Part shown: positions 14,455-31,470 of the stretch, piece after piece
Layout: each line of letters opens with the position of its first letter
Numbering within the stretch: position 1 is the stretch's first letter
NCBI RefSeq assembly: GCF_009914755.1
Contig: NC_060926.1
Direction: 5' to 3' (one strand)
Length of the DNA: 64,000 nt
Origin: the human T2T-CHM13v2.0 reference genome, Homo sapiens
The notes under the pieces: generated by a model
What the model saw: the letters and a program-made list of their open reading frames with translations, nothing else
Told to the model about the DNA's origin: nothing
The model's database searches: none
Program-made: the position numbers and the translations under genes

Positions 14455-14650
14455 ACTTCACAGTTTATTAAACATTTCACATTCATTGCCTTTGCATAAC
14501 CACCCCGTGAGGTAGATATATGTCCATTTTACAGATAAGAAAACTGCCCCAGAGCACCCAGCATGTGTGGTACTGGATTTCCCAGATAATAAATGGCAGA
14601 GGTAGGAATCAAACCAAGATCCTCCAACTTCAAAATCACAAGCCCTTCCC
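14455..14650 (-). mobile_element. MIR SINE
   Basis: ccattttacagataagaaaactg core. Confidence 0.65.
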
Positions 14651-15192
14651 ACTTCATCTCAAAACACTGTAACTGTCAAGAAATTACTTCGGAAACATTT
14701 GCATTAGGAACATGTGAAGAACCACAGAAATGCTCTTGACATTTCAAAACAACTACTAGCTGATCATTATCAAGAAGCATCCCAGAACTCGGATGCTGAA
14801 ACATCTCCAATCTTTCTAATGCTGGTGAGATCCTGGGCAGGGTTATTAGGAATGAGTCAATGACTATTTCAGAATCTTAAATGCAAAACTGCAGTCCATT
14901 TTAATTGCGAGATATGTAGACACCTCTTTTCAGTTCTCATCTTCCTTAATGTTTCTGTAGTATTGATACTATTGACTCATCAGCACACTGTTGATATTTA
15001 ATAAATATTCATGGAAAAAATAAAATAAACATTCACAGAATACACAATAGTGGTAAAAATTTTTAATTACTCAAGACTATAAAGTTAATAGGATACGATA
15101 GAACCATTTGATTTATACCAAAGGTTCCATCAAGCTTATTTTTTCCATGCTAGAATAGGGCTTCACAATTAGTATTTTTTTAGTTGCTCTAG

Positions 15193-15631
<439 letters not shown>

Positions 15632-16677
15632 AGCACCTTCTACTTTCTACTTACCTTGTTCTAGCTACTAGGACTTAACAGAAACTCCAAAGCCAATATG
15701 ACAATGCACTTGCTTCTGATTACACAGGAAATACATCTAGGTTCCTGGTATCATTATTTTTAAATGATAATTTAAAATTTTAATTTAAATATTTTAAAAA
15801 CCTTTCAGTGTTCTTACAGTGCCTGACTAGAGAACATGAACAATGATTATGACCTAATAATTACCTTTAGTAAGACTGAAAACCTAGTCTTACAGCAGCC
15901 TGCACTACAAAACCCAAAGATCTTCAGGAATGCGCTTTGATGGCTCAAGAATTTGAAAAATGGATCTGGAGGTATGGTCTTTGGGAGTAGGGGCACTGAC
16001 ATGACATCAGTTCTGGACCAAGCTGAAAGCGCATGGTACATGGTTGTAATAACCTATCACAGGATTCCTCTTTGGCCAGGGACAGGTAACCCATCCAATT
16101 GTTTTTAAGATTCATCTGCTTATCAGACTGTGCCTTATCTGGCAAGTCAGGATTCCAAAAGGAATCTAGAAATCTCAACCAACCAAACAGGCTGGGGACA
16201 TTCAGAAGGCATGAATCTAAAAAATGGTCCACTGCAAATTTATATCTTAGCTCTATCACAGGCTAGATGTCCTTAGGCAAGAAACCTATTAACCGCCTTC
16301 CCTTTCATCCTCTCAGCCCCTTTCTTCTCCCTCCTGGGCTAATTGCTTATCTGTAAGAAAAAAAAAATGCAAGCAGACCAGTTGATATCTAAGGTTCCCT
16401 CTAGCTGTAAAAAGTCTGAGTTTCTATTAAAATGAGACAGGTGCATGACTGAAGGGAGTTCAGGCAGAAGTCTTATGAAGACTGGTAAAGAGAAACTTTT
16501 TCAAGTAGAGAAAGAGAAGCCAACAACTGTGAAATTAAAGCAGCAGTGAGGTTCCAGAGTTGTGATGGAATAAAAACGATACAAGTTTGCTATTGCCCCC
16601 ACAATCCTTTTAAACATATAAACTTCATGTGAAGATGTAATTGTCATAAAAGCTGATACTAACTCTTAAAAACATTA

Positions 16678-16932
<255 letters not shown>

Positions 16933-17119
16933 TCACATGCTAGGGTCTGAGAAGTCTTCAGAGAACTGTTAGTGAAAAATGCTTAAAGAAGACTTTCCTT
17001 TGTATATTTGAAAATTGGAAATGGAAATAGGAATAGGAAGCAAAACAATATGTTACTTTAAGGGTTGATAAATATAATAAAAATATTATATTTTTAGATT
17101 ATTTTCTAGTTTATTTTCA

Positions 17120-17330
17120 CTGTCTATATGCTTTACACCATGCTAAGCACTTGGCATATTTTATCTCTTTATGCTTACAAGATGTCATTGGGTAAATTCT
17201 CTTATTATCTTGTCAATTTTGCAGATAAGCCATCTGAGCTATGCAAAGTTGGTTGACTTTCCCAAGGTCACACAGCTAGAAAGTGGTAAAGCCAATGTTG
17301 GAACCCAACAGCTTGACTCGAGTTCAGACT
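17120..17330 (-). mobile_element. MIR SINE
   Basis: cccaaggtcacacagctagaaagtgg. Confidence 0.7.
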
Positions 17331-17842
17331 CTGCAAAATGTTTTTTCTTGAAAAGCATTACACAAAAGATAAGGAAAATGCAAATAATTTTTAACAACAG
17401 ATGTGGTATAATTTTTTTCAAAGACTAAACATAGAATACTCAGAGCTCTTTTTTTTCCCCTCCAATTTTTAGTGATGCGAAGTTTGCAATGGTAGCCTAC
17501 CTAAAAGGTAGTGCTTAAATAAAGGCTGTTACAATCTCATTGGATTTTACTTCATATATTAAGTCAGGATCATTACAACAGGATTCTAGAAATCTCAACG
17601 TATCAGGCAGAGGACATTCAGAGGAAATGCGTCTTAAAATGATCAAGTAGGAAGACTGGGAATGGGGAGACTTGGGTTCTGGTCTTAGAAACCTGAGGAG
17701 AGATTCTGGAAAAAGATCCACAGTTATGAAGCAGCAGGTGGTACGAGTTGCATATTGCCCCTCAGCTTCTTTGGGAACCTCAAACATGGACAGTAAGTTA
17801 GGGAGCATGACATTTTTTGTACAAAAGAAAAAAGAGAAATCG

Positions 17843-18420
<578 letters not shown>

Positions 18421-19306
18421 CATTATTATTATATATTATTATCATAGAATGGAAGATGGATGGGTGCAAAAAACTATCAAGAAGAGTAGGTATTGGTTAT
18501 TTAGTGACTAAATCATCAACCCAGGAAAAAGAATATCTGTTTTGGTTGTACAAGGACATAGATGAATCAAGGTAAGATTTCCTTTTGCCAGGCACTGACA
18601 GGAACATATAGTAAATCCTATAGCTATATTTAGGACATGAGATACAACCCTAAGCATTGTGCAAACTCTGCACAATAATAATAAACCCTCTTTCTGCGTT
18701 ACCAACACTGAGAAAGGGTGTTCAAAGGAAGGTTATTAATGATCTCTCCTTGCCTCTCCTGCCTTTCTGAAGACTTTTGCAAGACCTGTGGGGTTTGTTA
18801 GGGTTTCCAAACTTCTTCCCAGGAAGTCTGAAATGGGTGCTGCTAGGAGTTGCTGTATAATTACTTACTTGATTCCCTCTAAGGAGCTTACGCTAAGAAT
18901 TGAGGAAAGAAAGCAGATTAACCATTTGAATACATGCCACGGCCCATCCACAAGCCCTCCCCTCACTCCTCCGTAAATGGGGGCTTCCACATTCCCCACC
19001 CATCAACCCCAATATGTGATCCAGGAAAATCAATTTATTGCTTTGGCTAATCCTACAACAATAGGGGTTTCATTTTCATTGTAGGGCAATTAAGTTGTCC
19101 GACGGGAGGGAAGGAGCAGGAGGGGAAAGGGGGGACTCTCCCATCCCCACAGACAGATTAGTCCCTGCGGTGGCAGCAGCGTCCCCTCTGTCTGTCTGGT
19201 GGTCGGTCACACGCAGCTCCCGGCTGCTACCTAGCAACGCAAAGCCAGGGGGAGAGCTCGCCGGTTCCAGCCTCCTCCTCGCCCTTCCCATTCATCCTCG
19301 GCCGGG

Positions 19307-19342
19307 TCTCTGTCTCTCTGTCTCTCTCTGTCTCTCTCTGTC

Positions 19343-19376
<34 letters not shown>

Positions 19377-19430
19377 CCTCTCTCTCTCTCTCTCTGTCTC
19401 TCTCCTCTCTGTCCTCTCTCTCTCTCTTCT
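19307..19430. repeat. (CT)n/(TCTCTCTG)n microsatellite; pyrimidine tract extends to ~19565
   Basis: Direct reading. Confidence 0.95.
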
Positions 19431-20108
19431 CCCGCCCCAGTCGTTCTCTTCCCTCCTTCTTTCCTTATTCCTATTTGCTTCTCTTACGCTCTCTCCTCTT
19501 CCCTTCTTACTAGTTTTATTCTCTCCGCTTCTTTCTCCCTCTCTTTCCCTCTTCTCTGTTTCTGTTAAAACATAAACTATCGGACAACTTGAGAGAAGTT
19601 TAAAGCACTTCATACTAGAAACTTTCTGCATTCGATCCCCAAAACTCTGGCCATGCAGACGGGCCCCATTCATCAACACAAAAGCCCCCAGCTCCCAGCT
19701 GGAAAGGAAAACTTCAAGAAAAGACTCCAGTCCCTCAGCCACTCTCTCGGCCAATCCCACCTCCCGGCCTTATCTTGGCTCGTAAATGATCTGTATGGTG
19801 AGAGCGGTCTCTGGGGGTCACCGCGGGACCAAGTTTCGCCGGTGGTGGGAGGAGTGCTCTGGCCCGCGGCCCTGGGCGCGCGAAGGGATCCCGGGAGGGG
19901 CGCTGCAGGTGGAAAGCTGCGCTCTGAGCAGAGCCCGGGACCGCGCCGCCCAGCAGAGAACTCCGCTAGGGAGGGCAGGCTGCAAACGGCGGAGAACCTC
20001 GTTCTCCCGCAAAGTGCTTTCCAGGAGCATCGGACCAACGCCCGTGGGAACAAAGACAGGGTCTCCGTGGGGTGCGCTGTCACCGAAACTGGCGGGGCTG
20101 CTTTCTCA

Positions 20109-20612
<504 letters not shown>

Positions 20613-20711
20613 CGACCGCCCCGGAACAAGCATGCGGGAATCCAGCGGGCAGGCCCCCTGCCGCCCGGCCCGCCCCCTGCACTTTGCAGCGCGGGGAGGA
20701 GTGGGCACTCG

Positions 20712-20960
20712 AACACACGCGTGCTCACACAGGGACACTCACACAGGCGTGTGCACACTCACACACGCACTCATACAGGCGCATGCACTCCTAAGTGTCA
20801 CACCAACTGACACAGATTCACTCATACACGCCAGTCACACACGCGCGCACATTCCACAGTCACACTTCAACGCCGACATACACAGTCCCCTTTACGCGTG
20901 CATACAAGAGCACACTCCTGTGCGCACACTCTCACAGGCACACTCACACGTGCACACGCG
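20712..20960. repeat. Degenerate CA-rich alternating purine-pyrimidine tract
   Basis: Direct reading; lies immediately upstream of the LRP2 TSS. Confidence 0.8.
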
Positions 20961-21539
20961 CTGCCCTCGCCTCTCCGCAGGGTTTGCCCCGCACAGAAGC
21001 CGGCGAGGCGGCTCACGGGGAAATCTGCACGGACGCAGTTTTACTAAATGAGCAATGGAAAGAAATGGACGAGGAGGAAAGTCAAGAATAGAGAAGAGAA
21101 AGAAAAAATAAGAAATGGAAAAGGAAAGCACAACCAGACAAGTAAAAATGAAGGAAAGAGAAAGAAAGGGAAAGAGGCGGGGGTAGGGAAGGGAAGGAGT
21201 AAAGAGCCTGCTGGATGGAGATCTGTGACCTTCATTCCTGGCCTGATCTCTCTAGGCTCCTTCGGATATCTTGGTTTCCCCTGATAGGATACAGGCTGCT
21301 GAGATGGGGTGCTTTGTGTTTTTACAAATTAGAGAGGGAGGTGGATCTTTGTTGGGGAGGTTGGATCCTTATTTAGCAATTATTCAGCACCACATCTACA
21401 GGTGTCATGGCCAGATCGTGCTTCTTACAAGTCTGCTCATTTTGAAGCAAAATTGAAAAAGAGCGAACGTCTTCTCCATGGTTCCGGTACCCTTTTATAA
21501 GAGGGAGAAACACGAGAGGTTCAGGGAACCCCTAGCCTC

Positions 21540-22604
21540 CCTTCTTTGGGGCCGCTTTGGACAGGCTGGCAAGGGGCCCGGAAGCCAAAAGCACAAGTGG
21601 CCTTACACCCGCCCTCAGCGCACGTCCTCAGCCTGTACGTGACATCAGAGCCCACAGGGAGGGGTAAAAAAGGAGGGTTGATGCAAGTTATTTCCCGGTG
21701 GTGGGAACCCTGTGTGAGAAGGGGCTGTTTGCGGGCCTGAGGCCATCCCATCATCTCCAGCTCCAGCCCCTGAACCAGCGCGGCAGCTAGTCCCAGGCTC
21801 CGGATCCTGGTCCAAGAAGTCAGGAGCCCTTTCCCTCCAGCGAAGGGGCCGTGACGCATGGAGGAGACAGCCCTGAACGCACGTGGTCGCTGGACAGGTT
21901 CCCGCTGCCTCCCTTCCCCAGGGGCGAGAACCTGCCAATTACTGCCAGCCCCTTTCCCCGGGGCACAGGTCGTCCGGGGCTCTGCTGACCCCAACAGTCC
22001 GGATCGCGTAGCTTCCGTGGGCTGCAGTGGTAGGCGCAGCTTTAGGTGTGGGGGCTAGGGGAGGGAAAGGATAGGTGTTACTTTGGAAAGACAAAAAGAG
22101 ATAAATAGACACAAAAAGAGAAAACTTAGGCTTAAAGAAAAAAAGGTGGAGCGGGCAGCGTTGTGGGAAAGAGTGGGAGAGATTCCTGGATTGGGAAATC
22201 CAGAGGTCTGTGCTCTGGCCAAAGTCACTGGTTCTCTATTTGCCTCCCTGCATAGTGTTGGGCGCTGTGCGGCGCGGAGGAGACAGGACTGGGGACAGGA
22301 GAGCTGGGGTCTGGGGAGGGAGGGGGCGACCGGACCGGAGCGGGAGGAGGGAGGCGGCGAGGGGGCTTGATGCTGCACTCCAGTCTTCGCGGGTGATTTA
22401 TGCCGGTTCCGGGCGGCCGAGGCGATGGTACGAGACCGCGCCGGGGTCAAGCCGGTCCGACGCCCGCTGGGGCCGCGCTGCATAGTCAATGAGCGTCCCC
22501 GCACCTCCGACTTACAAAGAGCGGCCGCCGGCTGGCGGGAGGGAGGAGCGCGAGTGCGGGAGGGGCTGGGCTCCCTCCAGTGCGCCCGTGGGCGCGCAGG
22601 CGCG

Positions 22605-22610
<6 letters not shown>
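21540..22610. promoter_or_regulatory. Second, upstream CpG-rich block
   Basis: CpG dense, especially 22260-22610. Separated from the main island by a purine-rich spacer. Confidence 0.75.

Positions 22611-22660
<50 letters not shown>
22608..22660. repeat. (GT)~26 microsatellite
   Basis: Perfect repeat. Confidence 0.98.
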
Positions 22661-22661
<1 letters not shown>

Positions 22662-23687
22662 CCTTTCACTGTAGCAGCCAGGGCTCCAAACATTCCTTTC
22701 TGTACTGAAGAGTTCCTCAATTGTTGTTGTCTTTGTGCTCCAGTGTTGCCAACTTACTGGAATTCCTGACGTGGTTGCACAGCAGGGCTCAGGCTGACCG
22801 TACTAGCCAGCTGCGTTTGTGTATGGGGCCGACCCCGCCGTTAATCCCAGAATAACGCAGAAGAGGGGAAAGGAGGGAGGGAGAACGGGAGGTAGGAGAG
22901 CAGAAAAGGGGTAGGGATGGGGGACCACCTAGCGGAGCACAGCCCATCATTCGCAGCACTCTGTATGTGGACCCACACACTTTTCCACTAGAATAACCCA
23001 TTTTCTCAATGCAATCCCCAATTCGTGACGTTTGAAAACAGCCTGCACCATGCACGTGTTTATCTCTGGCATCCATACCTGAGAATGCCTGTTACTAGAT
23101 TGGGGTGATTAAATCTATGGACCAGTATCTGGGAAAGCCCAGGTTAATTCAGTTGCAATTTAAGCCAGCAGTGTTTCTCTATAATGCAAAAAGATAATTT
23201 CTTTAGTTTTCACATTTCTCTCTCCATATATGTATATAGGACTTTTCAGAGCAGTCAACCGAAAGAGACAGGTGAAAGTGAAACCAAGAAGCTTCAGCAC
23301 CACCATTGCCCCAGAAGCCAAGCTGAAATTTACATCATTCTTGACTCCTTCTTTTTTCCACCCCCATTGCCAATCAATCATGAAATTCTGTTACCTCAAA
23401 TTTATCAATCCACTCATCAATCTAAATTATAGGGAGAGCCTTAGAATGAGCTCCTTGCTATCAGTTTTGCCCCCTCCCATCTACTTTCCATTTGGCAACC
23501 AGACAATTCAACTTGGTAGTTCTATCAAACTAGTGCTTGCAAACAGAGGTAATTACTTTTTAGAGGGTAATGAAATCAATTTAGCAGGTCAAGGCAAGAA
23601 TTATATTCAAATGAAATATAACAACATAGAAACCAAAATAACTTTCATGTGGAAAAGATATGTATAACTTTATAACACTACTGTTTC

Positions 23688-23720
23688 TGTGTGTGTGTGT
23701 GTGTGTGTGTATGTGTGTGT
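23688..23720. repeat. (TG)n microsatellite
   Basis: Direct reading; one interruption. Confidence 0.95.
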
Positions 23721-23827
23721 TTCCTCCTGAGTGCCTCCTGAGTTTCCTCCTGAGAGCCAACTGCCCCCTGAACAGCTCCAATCCAATGTCCTAAGGCCTC
23801 AAACTCAGCAGGATGGAGCCCAAACCA

Positions 23828-23829
<2 letters not shown>

Positions 23830-23869
<40 letters not shown>
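23830..23869. repeat. (CA)n microsatellite
   Basis: Direct reading. Confidence 0.95.
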
Positions 23870-23871
<2 letters not shown>

Positions 23872-23879
23872 TGTCGCCA

Positions 23880-24930
23880 TGTAAAATATATTTCTCATAT
23901 GCATCTCAGCCAAAAAAGTTTAAAGTATCTCCCCACAAATTACTTATTCATTAAAAAGGGAAAAAGTGACTTTAAGCAGAAAAATATGTCAGATATTTTA
24001 ATATGTTTCATTATTATTTAAATATGATAAAGTCAACAGACCAAAAGATAACTGCCATTGAAAATATAGTTTGTTATATTCACAGATCCCAAGAGAAGGA
24101 GTACACATCTTGCCTCAAGGGACCACACAGGGAAGCAGAGGGCAAGGGGAGAAGTGTGGGCAAGCTCCTTTACTATGGTTTCCACCTAAAGGAACAGACA
24201 AGGCAGAGTAAGCAGGTTTAGGACTGACTAATTTGTATTTATAAAACAAGCAGGAGGTCAAAGCAAGATGACTAATATGTCAGGCATATTAACAGATTAT
24301 CTAGAACAAAGTGTATATGGCATGTGCATGCAGGACAGATGTTAAACATGAAGTTTAGGCCCAGCACAGTGGTTTATGCCTGTAATCCCAGCACATTGGG
24401 AGGTTGAGGCAGGAGAATCACTTGAGGCTTGAGCCTAGGAGTTGGAGGCTGCAGTGAGCTATGATCACATCACTGCACTCCAGTGAGAACCTGTCTCTCT
24501 CTCCCCTATATATATTAAGGCATTATATTTATAGAAGCTAGAAATGTGGTAAATACAATAGGCTCTACATTGAACCAAGGAATCAAAGTCAACACAACAA
24601 TCAAAACTAATATGAGGCAAACTGACATCATGTTCCTCCTGGTGTGACACACTCTGAAGGACACAGCAGCACTTCTGTGGTATTACTGTGCATGCCCCAA
24701 ATCTAAGCATGAGAAAACATCAGTCAAACCAATGTTTTCTCATTTTTTAGAATGTCCAAACTAAGGGACATTTAAGTACTAAAGTACAGTATTTGCAGTA
24801 TATTTTGTATACTTCAAAAATGGCAAGGTCATAAAAGATAAAGAAAGGCTGAGATATGCAGTTTAGAAATATGCAGTGCATGACCCTAGGGTGGATCTTG
24901 GACTGGGAAAAAAGTATCTCTAGAGGATGT
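23880..24930 (+). mobile_element. Old L1M (L1MC/ME-like) 3' fragments with a nested LTR-like piece (~24030-24350)
   Basis: tatctccccacaaattacttattc and gtggatcttggactggg motifs. By-eye call. Confidence 0.45.
24357..24500 (+). mobile_element. Alu monomer (FRAM/FAM-like)
   Basis: Single arm with gctgcagtgagctatgatcac. Confidence 0.8.
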
Positions 24931-25290
24931 TATGGGGAAAATCAGATATGCATGCCCTCAGAACTCTCTTTACTTCCCTCAGCCCAGCACTTGTCACATT
25001 TGTTGTGTTCCCATGGCCTTCTCAAAATTCTTCTCCCTCTGCAACCAGAATAATCTTTTTTAGTCATTATGCCAACCATACACTTGCCTGATTACAACCT
25101 TTAAATCACTTTTCCATTTTTCCACAATAAAATGAAAAATTTTTAGCATAGCCTACAAACCCTTGCATGATTGGGCCTTTGACAATATCTCAAACTTTAC
25201 TTGACAGTTCAGCCACCCTGGCCTCCACTTGGTTCTTCGAACATGTACTACGTGCTTTCGCAGCCTTGAAGGTGAGATTAAGATACGTAG

Positions 25291-28026
<2,736 letters not shown>

Positions 28027-29453
28027 AAGATACGTAGGTCAGAGAGGCAGAGGTCATGGAGTTGCCTCAGTTCCTTACGGCTCTCTAGATCTAGATCCTA
28101 ACCTAGCGTATCCTTACAAAAATTCCCCCTTTTGCTTGAATAAGCTTGAATTGACCTCTGCCCTTTGTAAAACAGAGCTAGACTGAAATGATCAACAATT
28201 GCTAAGAAGACATCATAAGGCATCTCACCTACTAGTCAGCTCCAGTATTTATAATACTTTTTTCTTGAAGCCTTTTTAAAAATAGCAATAATAACTTTGG
28301 ACTCACCAGCCTGAGGACCAGGTTCTGAGCCATAAATTAACAGCATATCTCTGGTGTGCAGCCAGGGCCAGGAAAGCCACAGCAAGATCTGAAAGGACAG
28401 CCAGTGCAACAGACATATTTTCCACAAACAGAAATGAAGACACCAGGTATAATATCACAAGGGAATCCTCTTGGTTTGCAAATAAAGTTATATGACAAGT
28501 CTTGGCAAAGGTTTAAAGAAACAACAGAGACTCTAACAAGTCTCACTGATTGAAAAAAAGTTAAATAAAATTAAGGCTTTCCAACAACAACAACAAAAAA
28601 TCCAGGATATAAAGACACCATTGCAGGAAGACCTGGGATTCAGTTACCTGGGGCTAAGGCCATCACAAATGCTGCCATCAGTCCAGGATCACTAGCACCA
28701 GAGTCAAGACCCTGTGCAGGGAGATTTCAGAGTACACAGTAAGGAAGCCTAGGAATAAAGTTAAGAAAGTCAAAATTGTTAACCATACTACATTTAAATT
28801 CTTCTCTCTCAAGAGCAGTTTATGCCAGTAAAGATCAGTGAAAACATCTGGCTAGATGAGTCTTGATGGCCAGAAGACCAAGATGATTCCATCAGTCTCA
28901 CTGTTCCTCTTTTATCTCAGAGACTGAAAAAGTGCTAAAGGTATAGAAAGACATATGATAAGGAGTAGTATATGCAGGAAGAAAACACCTTTGTTTAGTC
29001 AGAATGCACATAGGATCCTTCAAGTGAAATCAATGAGGACAATTACTTCAAGGTCACCATTACTTGTAAATCCAGTCTTTGGTGTTCACAGGTTTGGGAA
29101 CGTGCACCAGAATTCAGCCAAGCTCCCTATCAAAGGAGTCAGGTCTATCTTTTTCACCACCAAATCCCCAGAACCTGGCAAAAGGCCCAATACATGGCAG
29201 GTCCTCAGTAAATGTTTGGTGAATGAATAAATGAAATAAGACAGCACAAAGTCTACATTTGGCTTTTGGCATTTCAACCAAATCAGAATCTAGATATTGA
29301 ACAGACTTCACAGGATACAATTTATGCTGAAGTGATCTTGAGATCTTGAGTACCATGGAAAAACATCCTCAGGGTGTTTCAATTTGAATTTCTCCTTAGT
29401 CATACTTGCCTTCAGGACCTACAGTTAACTTTGCAACGTGAGTTGAAATAGAG

Positions 29454-29652
29454 CAGTGTTTCTCTAATGTCCGTAGAGGACATTTGGCAATATTTGGAGA
29501 CATTTTTAATTATCACAACTGAGGAGTCCTGCTGTCAACTAGTGGGTAGAGGCCAGGGTTGCTGATAAAACATCCTGCAATGCACAGAACAGACCCCAGA
29601 ACAAAGAATTATCTGCCCTCAAATTTCAATAGTGCAAGGTTAAGAATCCCTG
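29454..29652. mobile_element. MER20-type hAT-Charlie DNA transposon
   Basis: CAG...CTG termini, gacatttggcaat..tggagacattttt body, and 8-bp TSD aaatagag/aaatagaa. Confidence 0.85.
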
Positions 29653-29848
29653 AAATAGAACAATAGAATTTTAAATATTTTGAGAACAAAGTATTTAAGT
29701 TGGATTTCAGACCTAGAGCTCAAGAACAAAATCATAAAATGCATTTAGAAACCACTTCTGCTAATTTCCTTTTTCTAGTACTGGACAGTACAGTGGGCAA
29801 AGGACTATAATTCTGTAGATCAAAGTCCAGTCAAAAGAAACAGACATA

Positions 29849-30095
29849 TCTCACTTTCAAGTGGGAGCTGAACAATGAGAACCCATGGACCCAGGGAGGG
29901 GAACAACACACACGGGGGCCTGGTGGGTGGTGGGGGGCAGGAGGAGGGAGGGCAACAGGATAAATAGTTAATGCAAGCTGGGCTTAATACCTAGATGATG
30001 GGTTGACAGGTGCAGCAAACCACCATGGTACACGTTTACCTATGTAACAAACCTGCACATCCTGCACATGTATCCCAGAACTTAAAATGAAATAA
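29849..30095 (+). mobile_element. L1PA (older) 3' end fragment
   Basis: 16-bp TSD aaaagaaacagacata at 29833-29848 and 30096-30111. Confidence 0.93.
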
Positions 30096-30444
30096 AAAAG
30101 AAACAGACATAAGATGCAGCATGCCAAGAAGCATTTCAAAATAGAGAAGCTGCATATTGGTTCCTACGCTTCAGTGATGTTAAAATGCAAACTAAACAAG
30201 AAAAATATTTCTTTCCCCTCTCCTCTCTGGTTGAACAACTGCTATTTCTTCCTCAAGCCCTACCTCAAATGTTTCCTCTTTGGTGGCGAAACCTCCTCCA
30301 ACTCTCCCAGAGCACCTCTTTCTTTTCTATAATCCTATCCCACGAAACACTTACCTTCATTAGGATTCTCAACATGTGAAATAAATTCTTTGATTACTTT
30401 TATGTGTCCCCCAATAAACTTTGTACTTCATGGTCTTCTTTTTT

Positions 30445-31470
30445 AAAATAAACTTTTTAATTGTAGAATAGATTGACTGAAAATTACAAAGAGAGTCCAG
30501 AGAATTCCCATATATCCCACACCCAGTTTAGCCTATTATTAACATTTTAAATGAGTATGGTACATTTGTCACAATTAATGAGCCATTATTATGAATTAGA
30601 GCACATGGTGTGTTCAGATTTCCTTCGTTTTTTACCTAATGTACTTCTACTGTTCCAGGATCCCATCCAGGGTACCACATATATTTAGTCAGCCTATCTC
30701 CTTAAGCTTCTCTTGGCTGTGACGGTTTCTTGGGCATTCCTTGTTTTTGATGACCTTGACAGTTTTGAGGAGTACTGGTCAGGTATTTTGCATGACGACC
30801 CTTACTTGGGATTTGTCTGATGTTTTTCTCGAGATTATATTGGAGTTATGGGGCTTTGGGACAAAACCAGTAAGAGCCATTCTCCTCATATTAAATCAAT
30901 GGTAGATATTATCAATATGACTTAAGTCATGATTTAGGATAAATTTATATCAACCTTGATCACCTGGCTGAAGTTGTGTTTGTCAGTTTTCTCCATTGAA
31001 CAGTCACTCCGTTTTCTTCCTTTTCATTCTGTACTCTTCAGAAGGAAGCCACTATGTGCAGCCCACAGTTAAGAACTGGAGAGCTGTGCTCCTCCTCCTT
31101 GCAGACACAGTGAAGGAATTCTTCTGCATGGATAGATTTGTCTGTTTGTTCCCATTTATTTATTTATTTAATCATATATTTATGTCAACATAGAATCATG
31201 GATATGTATTATATAGTTTGGATTATAACCCAATACTACATTATTTTATTGCTCAAATTGCTATAGCCTTGGCCGTTGTGAGCTCTCTCAGTTGGCTCCT
31301 GGGTCCCTTTGACATACCCTCATTATTGTGGGGTTTGGGGGCATTTTATTTGTTTCATTGCTATTGTTTTATTTTGTATTTTAGCACTTGCTTGCTTTCC
31401 AGCACAGCAAGTTGCCCCAGGCTCATCTTCTGTATTCCCTGCACCAGTCATAAAGTCAAGATCTTCTTTT
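30445..31470 (-). mobile_element. Old L1M (L1MC-like) 3' UTR
   Basis: Reverse L1MC-type motifs (ggtacatttgtcacaattaatgag; ttccaggatcccatccagg). Confidence 0.7.

Noticed and set aside
19095-19760. 157-aa and 177-aa ORFs with SLSLS and ERERE runs
   Set aside because: These are translations of the CT microsatellite, with no sign of real coding.
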